Part shown: in pieces, positions 1-13,346 of the stretch
Layout of the letters: every line of letters starts with the position of its first letter
How positions within the stretch are numbered: the stretch's first letter is position 1
The notes under the pieces: model-generated
Seen by the model: the letters and a program-made list of their open reading frames with translations, nothing else
Told to the model about the DNA's origin: nothing
Database searches by the model: none
Source of the DNA: Penicillus capitatus
Lineage: Eukaryota > Plantae > Chlorophyta
Direction: 5' to 3'
DNA: 64,000 nucleotides
NCBI GenBank assembly: GCA_965649825.1
Contig: OZ287707.1
Span: 238,192 to 302,191 of the forward strand
Translations under genes and position numbers: made by a program

Positions 1-161
1 GACTCGATCTTACGCGTCGCCGTTTGCACCGTCGTTCGTCCTTCCAGATCCTCTTCACTTTCTGCCTCCGCTATTGCGGCAGATCCGAATCGCGGACGAG
101 AAGTCAGAAGGAAGCTACGGATAACTGGCGCATAGCGGGCGGCCCTCAGTTGCAGCTGCAT
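1..161 (-). CDS. 5' part of a gene running off the window; putative mitochondrial-targeted protein
   Basis: ATG at 161 opens MQLQLRAARYAPVIRSFLLTSRPRFGSAAIAEAESEEDLEG..., open to base 1. The Arg/Ser/Ala-rich, acid-free N-terminus looks like a mitochondrial presequence. Confidence 0.5.
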   Translation of the reverse strand, partial: MQLQLRAARYAPVIRSFLLTSRPRFGSAAIAEAESEEDLEGRTTVQTATRKIE

Positions 162-388
162 GATGATTTCGAAATCCCTCGAACTTCACACCCCCATCAA
201 TAATCCTCGTTACAAGGTCACATCTCCGTCTACCCCGTGGCACATTGTCATCTCTCCGTCAGAAGTTTATATTTCAGCCTCGAAGATTCGTTCAACCTCA
301 GCGTTGTTGCATATTGACAGCCTCGTTGTATAACTCTTGGTGAATTCACTCGTCGACTACTTTTGCGTTCAGTCCTTGTATAAACATC

Positions 389-2146
389 ATGGACTTTGCA
401 TTATTCGCTTTACTTCGCAACAAGTTTCCGAATTTCGATACGCCCCACAAAGAACTGTCTTGTATGAAGCTCCCAGCGGCGAATAGGGAAACGACTTTCC
501 TCGGTGAGACTGTTTTGGGACATTGGACTGTTGACGAAGGGACTTGTGTGTAGAGACACTCGATGCGCAACGACTGTCTACGTATATCAAAGCAAAGGCT
601 GCTGTGAGCAACGAGGAATACGATGGTGTGCGGCGCAGTCCTTCCGAAGCGTCTTTGATTTTCGAGTATGCGTCACCGTGGCAGCTTCAGCGGCTAACGG
701 CCAGTTGTACGCGTTTACCGCGGACGGGCACGCAACGGAGTGCCTTGAAAAGCAGTATACGACGCGGACTCATGCTGCTGCCTGGTAACGTATTACTGAT
801 GAAAGCGGCTCAGTCGAAGCGCAAGCATCAGATTGGCTTCGGCGTGAAATCGTCGGTCGGCCAGCGGCCGTACATGGAGGACAGCCACATCATGAAACCC
901 TTCTTTTTTCGCTTTCCTATTTCTTTGGCGTGTGGCCAGCAATTGATTCCGGACTTTGTGAAGACAGAATTGGAGAAGGTGTCACGGAATGCCCCAGTCG
1001 AAGGCGGTTGCTCTTGGAATTCGTTCAAAAACGAAATCGCAAGCCCCAGAGACGGCGGCGTTCCTTGCGTTTTTGACGAGTTTGATTTATTTCTTATTTG
1101 TGATGGACATGGCGGTGCTCAAGTGGCGCAATATTGTACAGCAAATTTCAAGAAAATCCTCAAGAAGCAGTTGAAGGCGTCTGTCGAAGAGCGGTACGTA
1201 GAACTGTTGCAGTCCGCTCAGACATCAAAGGGTGAAACGGAGGGCGTCATGTCTCACTCTTCCCAAGAGCTCCTGCCAGAACGCAGCGTCAAATCTGCCG
1301 CAAATATGGGCGAGACGCGAGCAGGGTTTTTGGATCGAGATAACCGAAGACTCAAGCTCTCCGAATCAGTGAGGATTCGAGGATCGGGCGAAATTGACAT
1401 TCAAGAGAACAATGACGGCGCCCAATCCGCCAATGGACTCCCCGGTGCTCAGTGTGGTCTTGACGTACACCATCTTCGTGATTGTCTCTCTCAAAGCTTT
1501 CAACAACTTGATGCCGAAGTCAAAGACCAGGAATTGGGAGATTTTGAAGGTTCCACTGCCTTGGCGGCCCTTGTCGGTAGCTGGCACATCTGCATTGCCA
1601 ACTGTGGTAAGCACCTCGCTCTGCCGTCCGTCTGCATGCCCCGATGCTTGTCGTACAGGTGACTCTCGTGCTGTGCTTTCTCGCAATAGCGTCGCTGTGC
1701 GACTGACGAGAGATCATAAGCCACATATCGAAGAGGAACGGAGGAGAATTGAAGAACAAGGGGGGTTCGTAGTCAACGCGTACGGTTGCTCCCGTGTCAA
1801 TGGTTTCCTCGCAATGTCTCGGGCCATTGGAGATCATCTAATCCCAGCTGTCATTGCCCAGCCCGATGTGGCTGTCTTGCATAGACATCCAACGGATGAG
1901 TTCTTAATCTGCGCAACAGATGGTCTGTGGGATGTCATGACAGACGAGGAAGCTTGTGACATGACAAGGAAATGCCTGGCACGTGCCGAAGCAAAAGGAG
2001 CTAGAAAACTATCCACCAGAGTCGCTGCCAATGTCTTGCTGAAAGCCGCTTTAGATAAAGGAAGCACAGATAACATCACCATTGCCGTTGTCGACCTCAG
2101 GACACCACCCCATGATGCCAAAACGGTATCCAGAGAGGCCAAGTGA
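389..2146 (+). CDS. Protein phosphatase 2C (PPM family); exons 389-503, 554-1606, 1659-2146
   Basis: Motifs RPYMED, LICDGHGG, GSTA, NC|GDSRA (across GT-AG intron 1607-1658), LTRDHKP, LAMSRAIGD, ATDGLWDV and GSTDNIT are all present. Confidence 0.92.
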
Positions 2147-2243
2147 AAGTGGATTGTATCATTTGATGTGACATTTCAAAAAAAAAATCGTGTTACATGA
2201 CAGTTCATTTTGTGTACATGGTGACCGACTTCATCTCGCTTAT

Positions 2244-2698
2244 TCAAATGACAACCTGCATGAGATGCCTAGTTGAGAAGACGCTTTTGTGGGACGTCCA
2301 AAACGCAATGTGCAACACCATCATTTGTCTCATTTCTCTAAATATGACGATCATTTGACGGATGGCTTACTGTGTGAGATGCATCAATATCGCATAGATT
2401 TTCCACCCCTCTCGATCAAAGCGCCACTCCGACAGTGAAAATCTGGAACGTGCGAGTGACAAAGAAAACAAGACGCAAGGCTCATAAAGAATATCTCACG
2501 AAACCGGACTGTTCACTGTAGTGTCTATCTCTATTTTGCGTTGCCCATCTCCATGACTTCATGTTTGTATAGAAAGAAAGAACGCACGCTGAGTACCGGC
2601 GCGATCTCATCTCTAAGTTTCTACACGCATCGGTACATTGCTCTTTGTATGACATCCGTTAGGGATTCTTCTGATCTAGCATCCCAGATAGAATACAT
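2244..2698 (-). CDS. Possible small multi-exon hypothetical gene (model uncertain)
   Basis: There are intron-like GTGAGA...CCAG and GTAAGC...TTAG segments, an open frame (...SLSEWRFDREGWKIYAILMHL...) and a minus-strand TGTAA near 2192-2196. No family was recognised. Confidence 0.25.
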
Positions 2699-2732
2699 GC
2701 TGTTTGTCACTTGGTTCGTGCGCCGTCCGACA

Positions 2733-3343
2733 ATGGATGTAATCTCATGTGCACGTTTAGCATTTCTCGTGCATCGTCGTGTTTCGACGGTGAGGTGTCA
2801 CGCCGCCGCAGCCGCCACTCGACGCAGTACATACACGCATTCTCAGATGACTGACAGGCATCTTGTGTTTAAGATATCATGACGTGAAACAGAGAAATCG
2901 ATACCAAAGACGCTTCCTTCTGACGTCGCTCTCTTCTCTCTTCGTCTGCTTCGTCCGTTTCCTCGCTGACTGCCGACGAGATATCTATTGTCGCAGATCT
3001 CTTCGATCGCGATCGCCCGTGCCCAGGAAGAAGGAACAGAAGAGACATCTCCCCTCATTCAAGGCACGTCGTTCCTGTTGGATCTCTTCGGCTGTTTTGA
3101 CTCTTCGATAAAGAGATGTTGAGAAAAACGAAAGAGAACAGAGAACAACGAGAAAAGGAAGTCCTCGAGGACTACAACAGAAAAAACTTCAAAGTAAAAC
3201 GAAGACGACTGTTGAAGGACTTCTCTCAAATCGCCGCCACTTGTCTGTCTGTACAGGACTATTTCTCCGTTTCACTGGACTCCGGCGAGTTGAGTGCCGA
3301 AACCAAAGAGAAGATCAAAAAGTGGCTGGATGCGAACAAGTAA
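2733..3343 (+). CDS. Small thylakoid-lumen protein, PsaN-family-like (resembles Arabidopsis At1g49975 type)
   Basis: The model has a transit-like N-terminus, RRFLL plus a hydrophobic stretch and an AIARA cleavage motif. It continues as SPLIQ|EMLRKTKENREQREKEVLEDYNRKNFK|DYF...LSAETKEKIKKWLDANK*, with a GC-AG intron at 3064-3113. The 5' exon junctions are uncertain. Confidence 0.62.
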
Positions 3344-3464
3344 CAGGCAGGTCGTTTAATCAGCAGCGCATTGATAAACTACTGGCACAGTTTGCATACA
3401 GTAATGTACATGGCTTTGCAACATGACAAACAGAAGGAGAGAAATGGGCAAAGACTTGACATCA

Positions 3465-4026
3465 TCATCCAGATCTGCCACTGTTGAACTTTTTCTTCAA
3501 CGCTCTGGAAAACTCCGTTTCGTATCGTAAGGGCGCCTCCGTTGACGACTCTGTCTTCACCTGCTCGCATTTTTGACGTCTTTTGTCAGAGGTCGTCATC
3601 ACATACCTTAAGCCTGTTTGTCCATCCCCTTGCCCAGTCTTTCAGTGGGCGTAGTCGTTCTTGAAAGGTAAGGCCCATCGGCGACAATGACTTCTTCATC
3701 AGCATCTTGACGTCTTCCATTCCTCGGACATCATACTTCAGGCAGACATAACTCCCGAGCGATACGACTAGAACTCCGCCAACGAGAGATCCATACACCA
3801 ATCCACGCATGGCTACCTGGAATGCATCGATGCCCAGGCCTGGGAGACGAGAGACGGGCCATCTCATACCATGAATTGTCGACGGGCTGCTTCGGCAGCT
3901 TCCGGCGAGAGAGATCGTGCCCTTGATCGCGATAGACCTGTCGCGTCATCGCGGGTCAAGTCTCATGGCATGGATCTTTGAAGCACCTTGGCTAAGACTG
4001 GCATATCTGTTTGGCTGAAGCCTCAT
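3465..4026 (-). CDS. Conserved hypothetical membrane protein
   Basis: The spliced model reads MRLQPNRYASLSQ|GLSRSRARSLSPEAAEAARRQFM|VAMRGLVYGSLVGGVLVVSLG...LKDWARGWTNRLK|VKTESSTEAPLRYETEFSRALKKKF...* and has one TM helix. Confidence 0.55.
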
Positions 4027-4090
4027 TTGCGTTCCGATACCGGAGCCAACAAATCCGGAAATACCCAGCTGACTTCTCCATCGCCGAAAT

Positions 4091-4539
4091 TCAGCTTCGG
4101 TCAGCGGCGGCAGCTTCGCTTTGGCACGCCTGATCCAATCTCGACACCCCAAATACCACAGATCGAACGATTTCACTTTTCATATTCCTGCATCAGTGCT
4201 GCCCGTGGGACATTTATTCGCGCTCCTTGCTGCAGAATCTCTCCCAAAACCTGCATGCCTTCATGCATCCCAATGGAAAATGGAGTAAACCGTTCACGAC
4301 TTCGTAGCTTTGTAGACTCTGCTTCAGAGAGACATGACGGGGAGGTGAACGGTTACCAGTGTCGTCGGAAATAACTCCGCGTTGTTTGAGATATTCAACG
4401 TATCTTTGTAAGTCTGCCTCCTGAAAAGACAGGGATGGACTGTTTCGCAGGCGGAGTGAAGAAGCCAACGGCTTGCCTGTTCTTTCTTAAAAAATGCGCC
4501 CTCGCGTGCCAAAGCAAATCCGCCAAGGATACTCGCCAT
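4091..4539 (-). CDS. Small hypothetical protein (~100 aa), weak resemblance to ATPase inhibitor IF1
   Basis: The spliced model reads MASILGGFALAREGAFFKKEQ|EADLQRYVEYLKQRG...SYE|VLGEILQQG...EYEK|LDQACQSEAAAADRS*, with a GC-AG intron at 4421-4476. The IF1 likeness rests only on GAFFKKEQEA..RY. Confidence 0.42.
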
Positions 4540-4567
4540 CAGCTGTCACTTCATCTAACAGCGGGGC

Positions 4568-5762
4568 ATGAAAATAACGGCAACAAGCGCACGGTCTTGG
4601 GCGCCTTGCTCTGTGGGATCCTGGCACGTCTCAGCCCTCTTCAGAAGTCACTTTCATGCACTGCCTCTAGCACGGCATCCTATCCGATGGCCAATGACCC
4701 CTCCTTACCACAACGGATCTTCCAGTGGCCCTTGGACGCATGAGATGAAGCTTCGCAGCCTCACTTCTCAAGATGCTGAAGAGACGACGTGCAATGCGTC
4801 GATCCCTGAGTCGTCTGGAGAAGCTCTTGTGCTCAGAGAAGCGCCGCACGAGGGACCCATCGCTCGCGACGATCTGGAAGGCATGGCGCCTAGGATGTCA
4901 CATCAGGCGCAATCCTTCAGGCGTTGGTTCAAAATCTTCCTCCTTCTGAGTGCCAGCCTGGTGCTGGTGAGCTTGCCGTCTCAACCTGCTTTTGCTAGTG
5001 CTGCAGCAGAGGGTTCTGGTTTCTCCATTGCTCAGGCGCTTAAGGGTAATGCTCCCAATCATGACACCACGGTTCCATTCATGTCGTACGGTCTGTGTGA
5101 TTCCCACAGGCTTTGCCGATTTTATTCTGCATCTGGATGTCCACCTGAGCTCCATCATTTCTAAGCATGGCACCATGACGTATGCCCTCCTCTTTGGAAT
5201 CGTATTCTGTGAGACAGGACTGGTATTGACGCCCTTCCTTCCAGGAGATTCCCTTCTCTTTGTCGCCGGCGCTCTGGCTGGTCTCGGAAAACTGAACATG
5301 TCTCTGGTCTGCACCATCTTCATCGTCGCCGCCATTGTAGGCGATGCAGTAAACTATGCCGTGGGTGCATGGTTAGGGCAGAAAGCTGTGAATGCCAAAA
5401 TCATATCCAAATCCAATATCGACAAGACGGAGCAGTTTTTCAAGGCCTATGGCGGAAAGACCATTGTTCTGGCACGTTTCGTTCCAATCGTGCGCACTTT
5501 TGCTCCCTTTGTTGCAGGAATGAGTCAGATGAACTATCAGCGATTTGCCACATTCAATGTCGGCGGCGCTTTGCTATGGACGTGTCTTTTCTGCGGAACG
5601 GGTTACTTCTTTGGCAACCTGCCTTTCGTGGAAAAGAACTTCTCTCTTGTGGTCTTGGCCATTGTGGCCATCTCTGTCCTCCCTATTGTCTACGAAATCA
5701 TGGCTGCCAAAAATCACCAGACAAACACAGACGCAACGAGTTCTCCATCAGCACAAACGTAA
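4568..5762 (+). CDS. dedA: DedA/SNARE-associated membrane protein with N-terminal (plastid-type) extension; intron 5046-5109
   Basis: Motifs [28 protein letters not shown] and [16 protein letters not shown], plus multiple TM segments. Confidence 0.92.
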
Positions 5763-5784
5763 AAACAGAAAACGCACGATGTCA

Positions 5785-5789
5785 TGTAA
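5785..5789 (+). promoter_or_regulatory. TGTAA chlorophyte polyadenylation signal (DedA 3' UTR)
   Basis: TGTAA lies 23 nt after the DedA stop. UGUAA is the established green-algal poly(A) signal. Confidence 0.55.
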
Positions 5790-5886
5790 ACCCAACTCCA
5801 CGAATCAAAGCGAGATTTTGGACATCTGTGTCTGTCACGATTTGTGTCCGTGAGTGCGTGAGTGCGTGTCCAAAAGGGCATCCATC

Positions 5887-6434
5887 TTACAACGAATAGT
5901 ACCATCGAGAGAGATCTGTCAGTGCTGCATTGAGACTAAAGAGCATTAAGGATGTGACGGCCACAATCGTGATCACCAATAACGTCTGCAGAACGGCCTG
6001 CCATTGCATCCTGTAGCATCTGGTGTCGATCTGTGATATTTACCTTTCCCAAAGGAGGCCAATCGATCAAGGACGCTTCTTCCACGACGCCCTTAGAACA
6101 CCAAAACGGACTGAGCTACTTGTCGAATGCATTCCATATCGACCTCCCAGAAACCCATGGCTGGCGTCGAGGAGCTACTCTCTTTCAAAGCCTGGAGCCT
6201 TTGGACCATTTCTTCCTCCGTTTCCTCCGAACCACACGTCAGACGCCCGCCAACACGTTTGGCGGAATGGCTAAGTACTGGCGCTTTCTTCTCCGTGTCA
6301 TTTTTCTGAGCAAAGAGCCTGCGATGGACTCTCAACGCGGTTCGTATGTTTGTCCTCGGTGCCGTTCCCGGTCTGCTGCGGATCGTCTGTCGACTGGTGC
6401 TGAAAGGAAGAGTGTATGCCAAATGGCCGATCAT
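5887..6434 (-). CDS. secE: Chloroplast preprotein translocase subunit SecE
   Basis: A transit peptide (MIGHLAYTLPFSTSRQTIRSR...) is followed, after splicing, by GFWE|GVVEEASLIDWPPLGK|AVLQTLLVITIVAVTSLMLFSLNAALTDLS. This matches the SecE 'E...I.WP...' + TM signature. Confidence 0.8.
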
Positions 6435-6728
6435 TGCGAAGGCGATGCTCAGTCGATCGTAACCGATGAAGGTCGGGATCCATCCAAGAGGATCAACGTC
6501 TGGAGTGGTCGCTCTTCCTACATCCCTCGTTTTTCCTGTCCATAAAAGCGTTCTCTCACCTTCCATATCTCACTGCGCATCCTTAGATTCTGGCAGCACC
6601 TCTGATGTTTGTCCATTGTGCATTTGACTCGGCGTCTTCCGTCGGGGGACGCATTTTTCAATATCTGAGGCATAGACTGTAGGTGGTATGGGGGTCAGAA
6701 TAGGAGACATGAGCTCCGAGACGTCGAA

Positions 6729-7856
6729 GTGGCAATGATGCGTCGGCATCTGTCTGTGGACACCCCGCTGAAGAGAGTGAATGCGCGCGGAGTGAATCTC
6801 GACTTAGACACGGATCCAAAGGATCTTTACGAAGCCTCTTGGCTACACGAGCTGTTTTCCTGCGACAACAGTGTCCCGTTCCATGCAACGTCATCCAACG
6901 CCGAAGTCTTAAACGAGAGGGCGATGATGGAGGATCAACGACTGCCTTTCTTTCACTTGGCCACGGACGAGCCACCGGCAGTGCTGGAATCCTGTCGCTC
7001 TCCAGCAAATCGCTCAATGAATAGCCGGTCAGGGTCTTTGGCTTCTGCTCAACAGTCTTGTGCTCTGAGCAAACCGTTGCTCAAATCGAGTCTTCTGGAT
7101 GATGCCGAGAGTCTCTCGGTCGATCCATGTATGAAGGCTCTGCGATGCTTTATCTCTAAGTCGATGCCCTTTCTTAATAGATGCTGCACCATGGATGCCA
7201 CGCTTCCTATCAGCGACGCCCATATCAGCACCGACATTTCCTTCACGTTTCCCGTTAGCTCGTGAGGGCAGTGGACGGACAGTATCGCGTCACGAGATGT
7301 TGTAGATGTCTCGAATCTGCGTCGGAAGCGAAAGGGAGGACCAAACGGTCGTTCCGATGAAGAACTGCGGCAGCTGGATCCCGTCCAAGTCAAGAGAATC
7401 CTCTCCAACAGAGCCGTAAGGCAAAAGACCCATCGAACATGTCAGCCGTGTGTCTCTCCAGAGTGCCGCTCGTTCGAAGGATCGACGAAAGCGATACGTC
7501 GAAAACCTCAAGGAGCAGTCCAACACTCTTGCGCAGCAAAACGCCCATCTCAAATCAGAGATCCGGCAACTTGAATGCATCCTGCAAAAAGAAGAGAAAG
7601 AGATCAAGTACATGCATTTGACAGTAAGCTCACTCTTTCTCGATCTTCTCACTCTTTTTTCCAGACTCGAGCGGATCAAAGAGATCTGTCGAGGTCGATG
7701 GCTCACGATGAAAAATGCGATAGGCCACGCTTCGGCAGAACACACGCCGCAGGCATATCGCGAGATGTCGTTTCTCGATCGTCGATGCCGTTCTCTGTGC
7801 CACCTCTGTCTCGCGTCATCTCCAGCACCGTCATTGCTGTAGACATCAGAACGTGA
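6729..7856 (+). CDS. bZIP transcription factor (plant group I/VIP1-like basic region); 5' end uncertain
   Basis: DPVQVKRILSNRA|SAARSKDRRKRYVENLKEQSNTLAQQNAHLKSEIRQL gives the basic region plus leucine zipper across an intron. Confidence 0.8.
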
Positions 7857-7908
7857 ATTGCTTAAATGTCATTTCGCCGAATCGCGCGTTAAGTTTCTGT
7901 TCGCGGCG

Positions 7909-10197
7909 ATGTTATCCGACAAAATCTCGGATTTTCTGCGGTGCGCCGTAGAGAAAGGATATCCTGAGGATCACGTCGACGAGTGCTTCGATTCTTTTAT
8001 CGCCTTTTACTTTGACGGCGATGTCAACGCGTTCGAAAAGGACATTGATCATAACGGGCCGAAATATTACCGCTTTATGGAGCACAACCACGATCCTAGA
8101 TTGACGCCAAGACGGGTCACACCAGCAAAGACCGATACCCGACGTCGAGCATCGCCTTCCCTGCGCGACGCCGAATCTGCGTCTCTTGCGCTGTAGTGAC
8201 GAAAATGGCCAATGGCAACAGCAGCTACGACAGCATCTTCCTCGACGAGAGCGAAAAGGCGGACGCACTAGACGCTCTCTTCTCGCCGACGCCATCCGGT
8301 TCTTCGCCAACTCTGTCGCCAACGCATCACGAGCGTGCTGTTCTGCAGAGGACCTATCCAAGGGGCAACCGCATCGGATCCGAGGTCTGTCCATACCGTC
8401 GTCCACCGAGCGGCTTCTCTATGGCGTGATCGCGTAGAGAATGCCATGAGGGTAGCGACGGTCGAGGAGGAAGAGATGAACGATTTAAAGTTTGCTTTGT
8501 GGATGGTCTTTGGCATTCGGAGTTTCAGATGGAGACAAGAGGAGATCGTGAATTCGGTGCTCGCTGGACACGACACCTTTGTCCTCATGCCAACTGGCGG
8601 CGGCAAGAGTCTCTGCTACCAGGTGAGCACTGTCGTTAACAGGATATGGCTGGACACCATGAAGTTTGCATGTAGTTGCCTGCTGTCCTCTCGCAGGGAT
8701 TGACGGTTGTCGTCTCTCCTTTGCTCTCCCTCGTTCAAGACCAAGTGCGTACATTGCTGATGCTCCCGAGCGGCGGCGTGCCAACCACCTACATCAACTC
8801 ACACCAGACAGAGATCGAAAAGAAGAATGTCTACAGGCGCCAAAGCTTGTGGCAGAGAACGGGATGTGACTGATGGATGGCTCTGTTTAGGGAGATAGGA
8901 AATGAGGAGGTCACGTGCAAGTTACTCTATGTCACGCCCGAGCAGCTGACGCTCAATACGACACTGATCAGAATCCTTCAGCGACAGCAGAAAATGCAGA
9001 ACTTCAGCAGGATGGTGATCGACGAGGTCGTGGAAGACGGAATGCATATCGGCAACGATCGAAGGATTCTATGCAGGCACACTGTGTGAGCATGTGGGGG
9101 CATGATTTTCGTCCGGCATACGCTGAACTGGGCAACGCAAAAGTGTGACATATCTGATCACACAAATCTCATTATGGCTTGTGTTTTCGGAAGTCTGAAA
9201 ATTTCCCGGGTCTGCAAACAGTTGCTCTTACGGCTACGGCAAACGTGAAAGTGAAGAATGATATCATCCAGTGTTTAGATATGCGCTCATCGATACGAGA
9301 GTTCCAAGTAGACAGCCACTCTTCTGTTGGGATCCTCTCGATGACGAGCTCAGATGAGCTTCTACAGAGAGAACCTAAAGTTCGTGGTGATCGAGAAAGG
9401 ATCTTTCAGCAAAGGGATCGCCATGCTGGAGAAGTACATCAAGAGCAAGCAGAGAGGAGCATCCGGCATCGTCTATTGCCTCTCGAAGAAAGAGTGCGAA
9501 GATGTGACACAGTCTGTTCAGAAATGCATCGAGAAGGATATGGATGTGCGATTGCTCTTGTTTAGGTTGCTCAACGGCTCAAAGATTCGTGCAGCACACT
9601 ATCACGCAGGGATGAATGCGACCGAGAGGGAAACGGTGCAGAATGCTTGGATGAAAGGCTGTGTAGACGTGGTGGCGGCGACGATCGCTTTCGGCATGGG
9701 CATTGATCATCCCCGTGTGCGTTTTGTCGTCCACTTTGTCCTGCCCAAGAGTCTAGAGAACTACTATCAAGAGGCAGGGCGTGCCGGGAGAGATGGACTG
9801 CGCTCGGAGTGCATTCTCTTCTACTCAGGCAAAGATGTCGGCCGTCTGAAGTTACTCATAAGAAGAAACAATCCAGATTACAAAAAGGGTAAAGAACAGC
9901 CTTTCGTCTCTGGTCTCACTCTCTCACTCTCTAGGATATGAACTCGTCAATCAGGTGAGAGACTATTGCACCAACGATAAGGATTGTCGTCATAGTTTGC
10001 TGTTGAAGTATTTGGATGAAGAAATGGATCCCCCCACATGTGTCAGCAATTGTCATGTCTGTTGCAAAGTGCATCAAGGAATGTCAATAAAGGATCAGTG
10101 TCCTTGGTCTATTGTCACAGAGACAGAGATTGCATCAGCCAAAAGACAGGCCCAGAGTCTGAGCACATCTGGCATTGAAGAGGGATCCTCTTATTGA
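7909..10197 (+). CDS. RecQ-family DNA helicase (multi-exon)
   Basis: Motifs FRWRQEEIV, MPTGGGKSLCYQ|LPA, VIDE|AHCVSMWGHDFRP, ALTATA, SGIVYC, YHAGM, ATIAFGMGID and YYQEAGRAGRDG, then the Zn-binding CRH...C..NC..C. Confidence 0.92.
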
Positions 10198-10737
10198 CGT
10201 CTTTCGTCAAGTCGTCAGAAAATCAAACAGACAATGTATTGGTAGGACCACAAGGAATAACACGGAATTATTTCATGCATATTTGTTTCCTTGAGTGTCA
10301 GCGAGATTGGTTGGCAGCACTCAGGAGATGTCAAGAGTCATCAAAAACTGCCTTTCTAATAAGCTTCCCTCTTCTCTTAAAGGCTCACATCACATTCTCT
10401 TTTCGATTGACCCATGGCGGATGCAGCGTGCGCCGTTTAGGCGCCCTTTACAGCAAGATGATGTGAATACAGATAGATGGAAAGTGTTTGAGGTCCATGA
10501 CAGAGATTAAGTGGAATTGAAAACCAACAAAAACTATGCGGACCAATCGTCAGTCAATCGTGGTTATGTATGTGCCTTCGAACAAAACTACCTTGCTCTC
10601 ATCCGTTGCACAGGAATCACTTCGCTCCGTACAAAACCGGGAATAATCTTGAGGACTGTTATGGTGGTGGTTGAGGAGGAGGAGGAGGCGATGGCAAACA
10701 TGACGCATCTGCAATCATGTGCTCGCGACTGCCCTAT

Positions 10738-12829
10738 CTACTGCAACGACACGGGATCTAGATTCATCGATTGCGGTGCTGTTGCTGACGTCGTATCTAA
10801 AGACGGGTTGACGCTTTCCGAAACGGGCCCCGATTGAAGGCCATTATTTTTGGGCGCTGTTCTTCTTCCATGGTGACTCGGCCATCGATCAATGCCATTT
10901 CTCCGACAGGCTCTCTTCAGCGTTGTTGGACAGATACCTAAAGTTGCTGCTGCTTGCTTCAATCCCACGCCAAAATGCTTCTGAAGATCTTGGTACGTCA
11001 AGTGTTTTCCGCTTCCCATCTTCTGACGTCTTTTCTTTCGAAATTTGTTAGACGTCAATGTATGCAGAAGCTCTTCGAGTCTTTCCTTGTCCAATAGTTG
11101 ATCGTTCTCCTCTAGCGGAGGAGGAGGTGGCATCGCGTGGAACATGCTGCCTGGATTCATTTGGGCCATTCCGATCAGTCCTGGCACATTCCTTTCTTCC
11201 AAATCTACCATAGAGCCCAGCGATTCCGCAGGATCACGAAACATTGCCTCTGCAGTGTGCTGCAAAAGGGGCGTGTGCTTGGTCGACGTCACACTTGTCG
11301 CCAGAGCGGACGTGTGTCCAGGGAACAGGTGTGATTGCTGTAGTCCTACGGCATCTGCACCCAAGAACGCATGGGGGACATCCACAAGGTCCTGCGCCTC
11401 GCGTGAGCACATGTTGAACACTGGGGACATCTTCTCCCTTTCATCTAACACGTACATTACCCCCAATCACACATTCTCACTCTTTTCTCTCTATGCTCTA
11501 CCTGGAGCAGCGAGTCGACTAGGATCGTTTAAGGAAGCTAGAGTATTTGCGCCATTCATCAAATGCGGCTGTGTGACGGCGGCCATTGACATGGGATGCG
11601 TGACTTCTGTTAAGGGATGTGCACTCGCGGGGCTCGGAAAGTACTCATAGCCAACATCGAACGTGTGAAGATCGTTATCAGCTGGCCATTGCTTCAAACC
11701 TTCTTCGATCTGATCCACATCGACATCGGACGTACAAAGACTCACCGACTACAGTTCAGAAAAAGGCATCTTCAGATGCAGTGGTGATGTGACAAGTGTG
11801 ATGTCACACTTCTAAGGCCATAACGATCTTCTCCAGGAGAGACGTGAAGGAAACGCCCTTGTCGTTCTTGACCACCTCGATGACTCCCAGTGCTCGATGT
11901 CGTTGAGTCGGTTCAAAGAATGGGATCACGACGGTCGAATGCACTCGGCACCGCTGCGCCTCGCTGACGCGCAGGTAAATCTGTTTATCATACTTTTGCA
12001 CATCGCCACACATCTCCGGCTGCACATGACAGCATTGCCATTGAGAGCCGTGTACTCAATGCGACGAGGGTAACCTCTGAAGTCGTATACACGCGACCGA
12101 TGGCGCCCAGAAGACGCGGCTGCATGATATCTGTGCTGAAACTGAATCGACAGGAGATGCATCGAAAGAGTGCAAGGAGGTCGCCCACTCCAGCTACGGC
12201 ATACGGAAGGCCCTGTAACCACAGACAAACAAACATACATCACGGCAGCGTCGGGATGGCGGACGATGCTGACCTGTGTCGACAGGACCGTTCGGTTATT
12301 CCCACTCACTTCAGGCAACCACACCTACATGGACCTCTTTCGTTGTCCCCTCGAACCGTCTGGCGACGAACTTGAATCAATGACCCGTTTCGCCCGTCGG
12401 AGAGTCGATTGTTTAAGTCAAGGACGACAGTGGAGCAACGATCCCGTAAGTCGGCGGTGCACATCGCTCGCGACGTGGTAATGGATTCCGAAGCTTTTGA
12501 GTGTCCTGTTCTCCGGGGAAGGGTCCACTTTGAGGTGTCCCTCTGCAACGCTTAACGTGCATTGTCCCGTCCATCCAATCACTTATCCGCCGTCAGGGTC
12601 ACATCAACGAAATCGTCTCCTTTACAAATGGCCTGTTCAGCACCAGACTTGAACATTGGAGCTATCCCAGTACCCGTTGGATCCGTTCGACATTCCGACC
12701 CCTTTTCTTGGTTGGAAACAGACTGAGAGGTAAAAGCAACTCTTCACAAAAAGGCGAAGGAGGAAAAACTGTCTTTGTGTTGTTGGGACCATCTTCTTTT
12801 TTCCAATGCATTGTGATCAGCTTTCCCAT
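10738..12829 (-). CDS. NIN-like/NIT2-type transcription factor (GAF-like domain + RWP-RK); both ends approximate
   Basis: GAF-like segments LIQ|VWLPE, LPYAVAG, GRVYTT, VIPFFE and LGVIEVV are present. The RWP-RK domain reads LTYQDLQKHFGVGLKQAAATLGICPTTLKRACRRNGIDRWPSH. Confidence 0.88.
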
Positions 12830-13346
12830 TTCATCGCATGGAGAAGATGGGTCAGGTATTAAGTCGTGTCATGTCGACTGACCCATCCCCGCATACACAT
12901 GTACACACGCAATCACAAAAGCATTCATCCATAGAAGACATCTCTTGCGCCATTTCTGAGGGTTTAGTTTTTTGGGGCCCTCTTGTTCCATTTAGATTCC
13001 GTTTCTTTATTACGTTGTGCGTAATTCTATTCGTCCATATGTCCACCGTCCAATGTCTAGAGTCTGGCAAAGATGCATAAAGTAACCCAACAGCAATGAA
13101 GTCATTATCTACTATCATCTGGATGAAGACCTCCTCCGGTGATGGATGGATGGGGACTATGAGAAAGCGATCCAGACAATAATATATTCACAGTAACTGC
13201 ACGAGCAGAAAACAAACGAATAAGGAATGCTCCTTCCAAGCATTCAAATGAAACAAAGAATGGTGACTTAAGCATACCCACATACTGACGTGTATTTACT
13301 TGGCAGTCGTGTTCCCGGCACACAAAGGGGATAGAGGAAGACGACT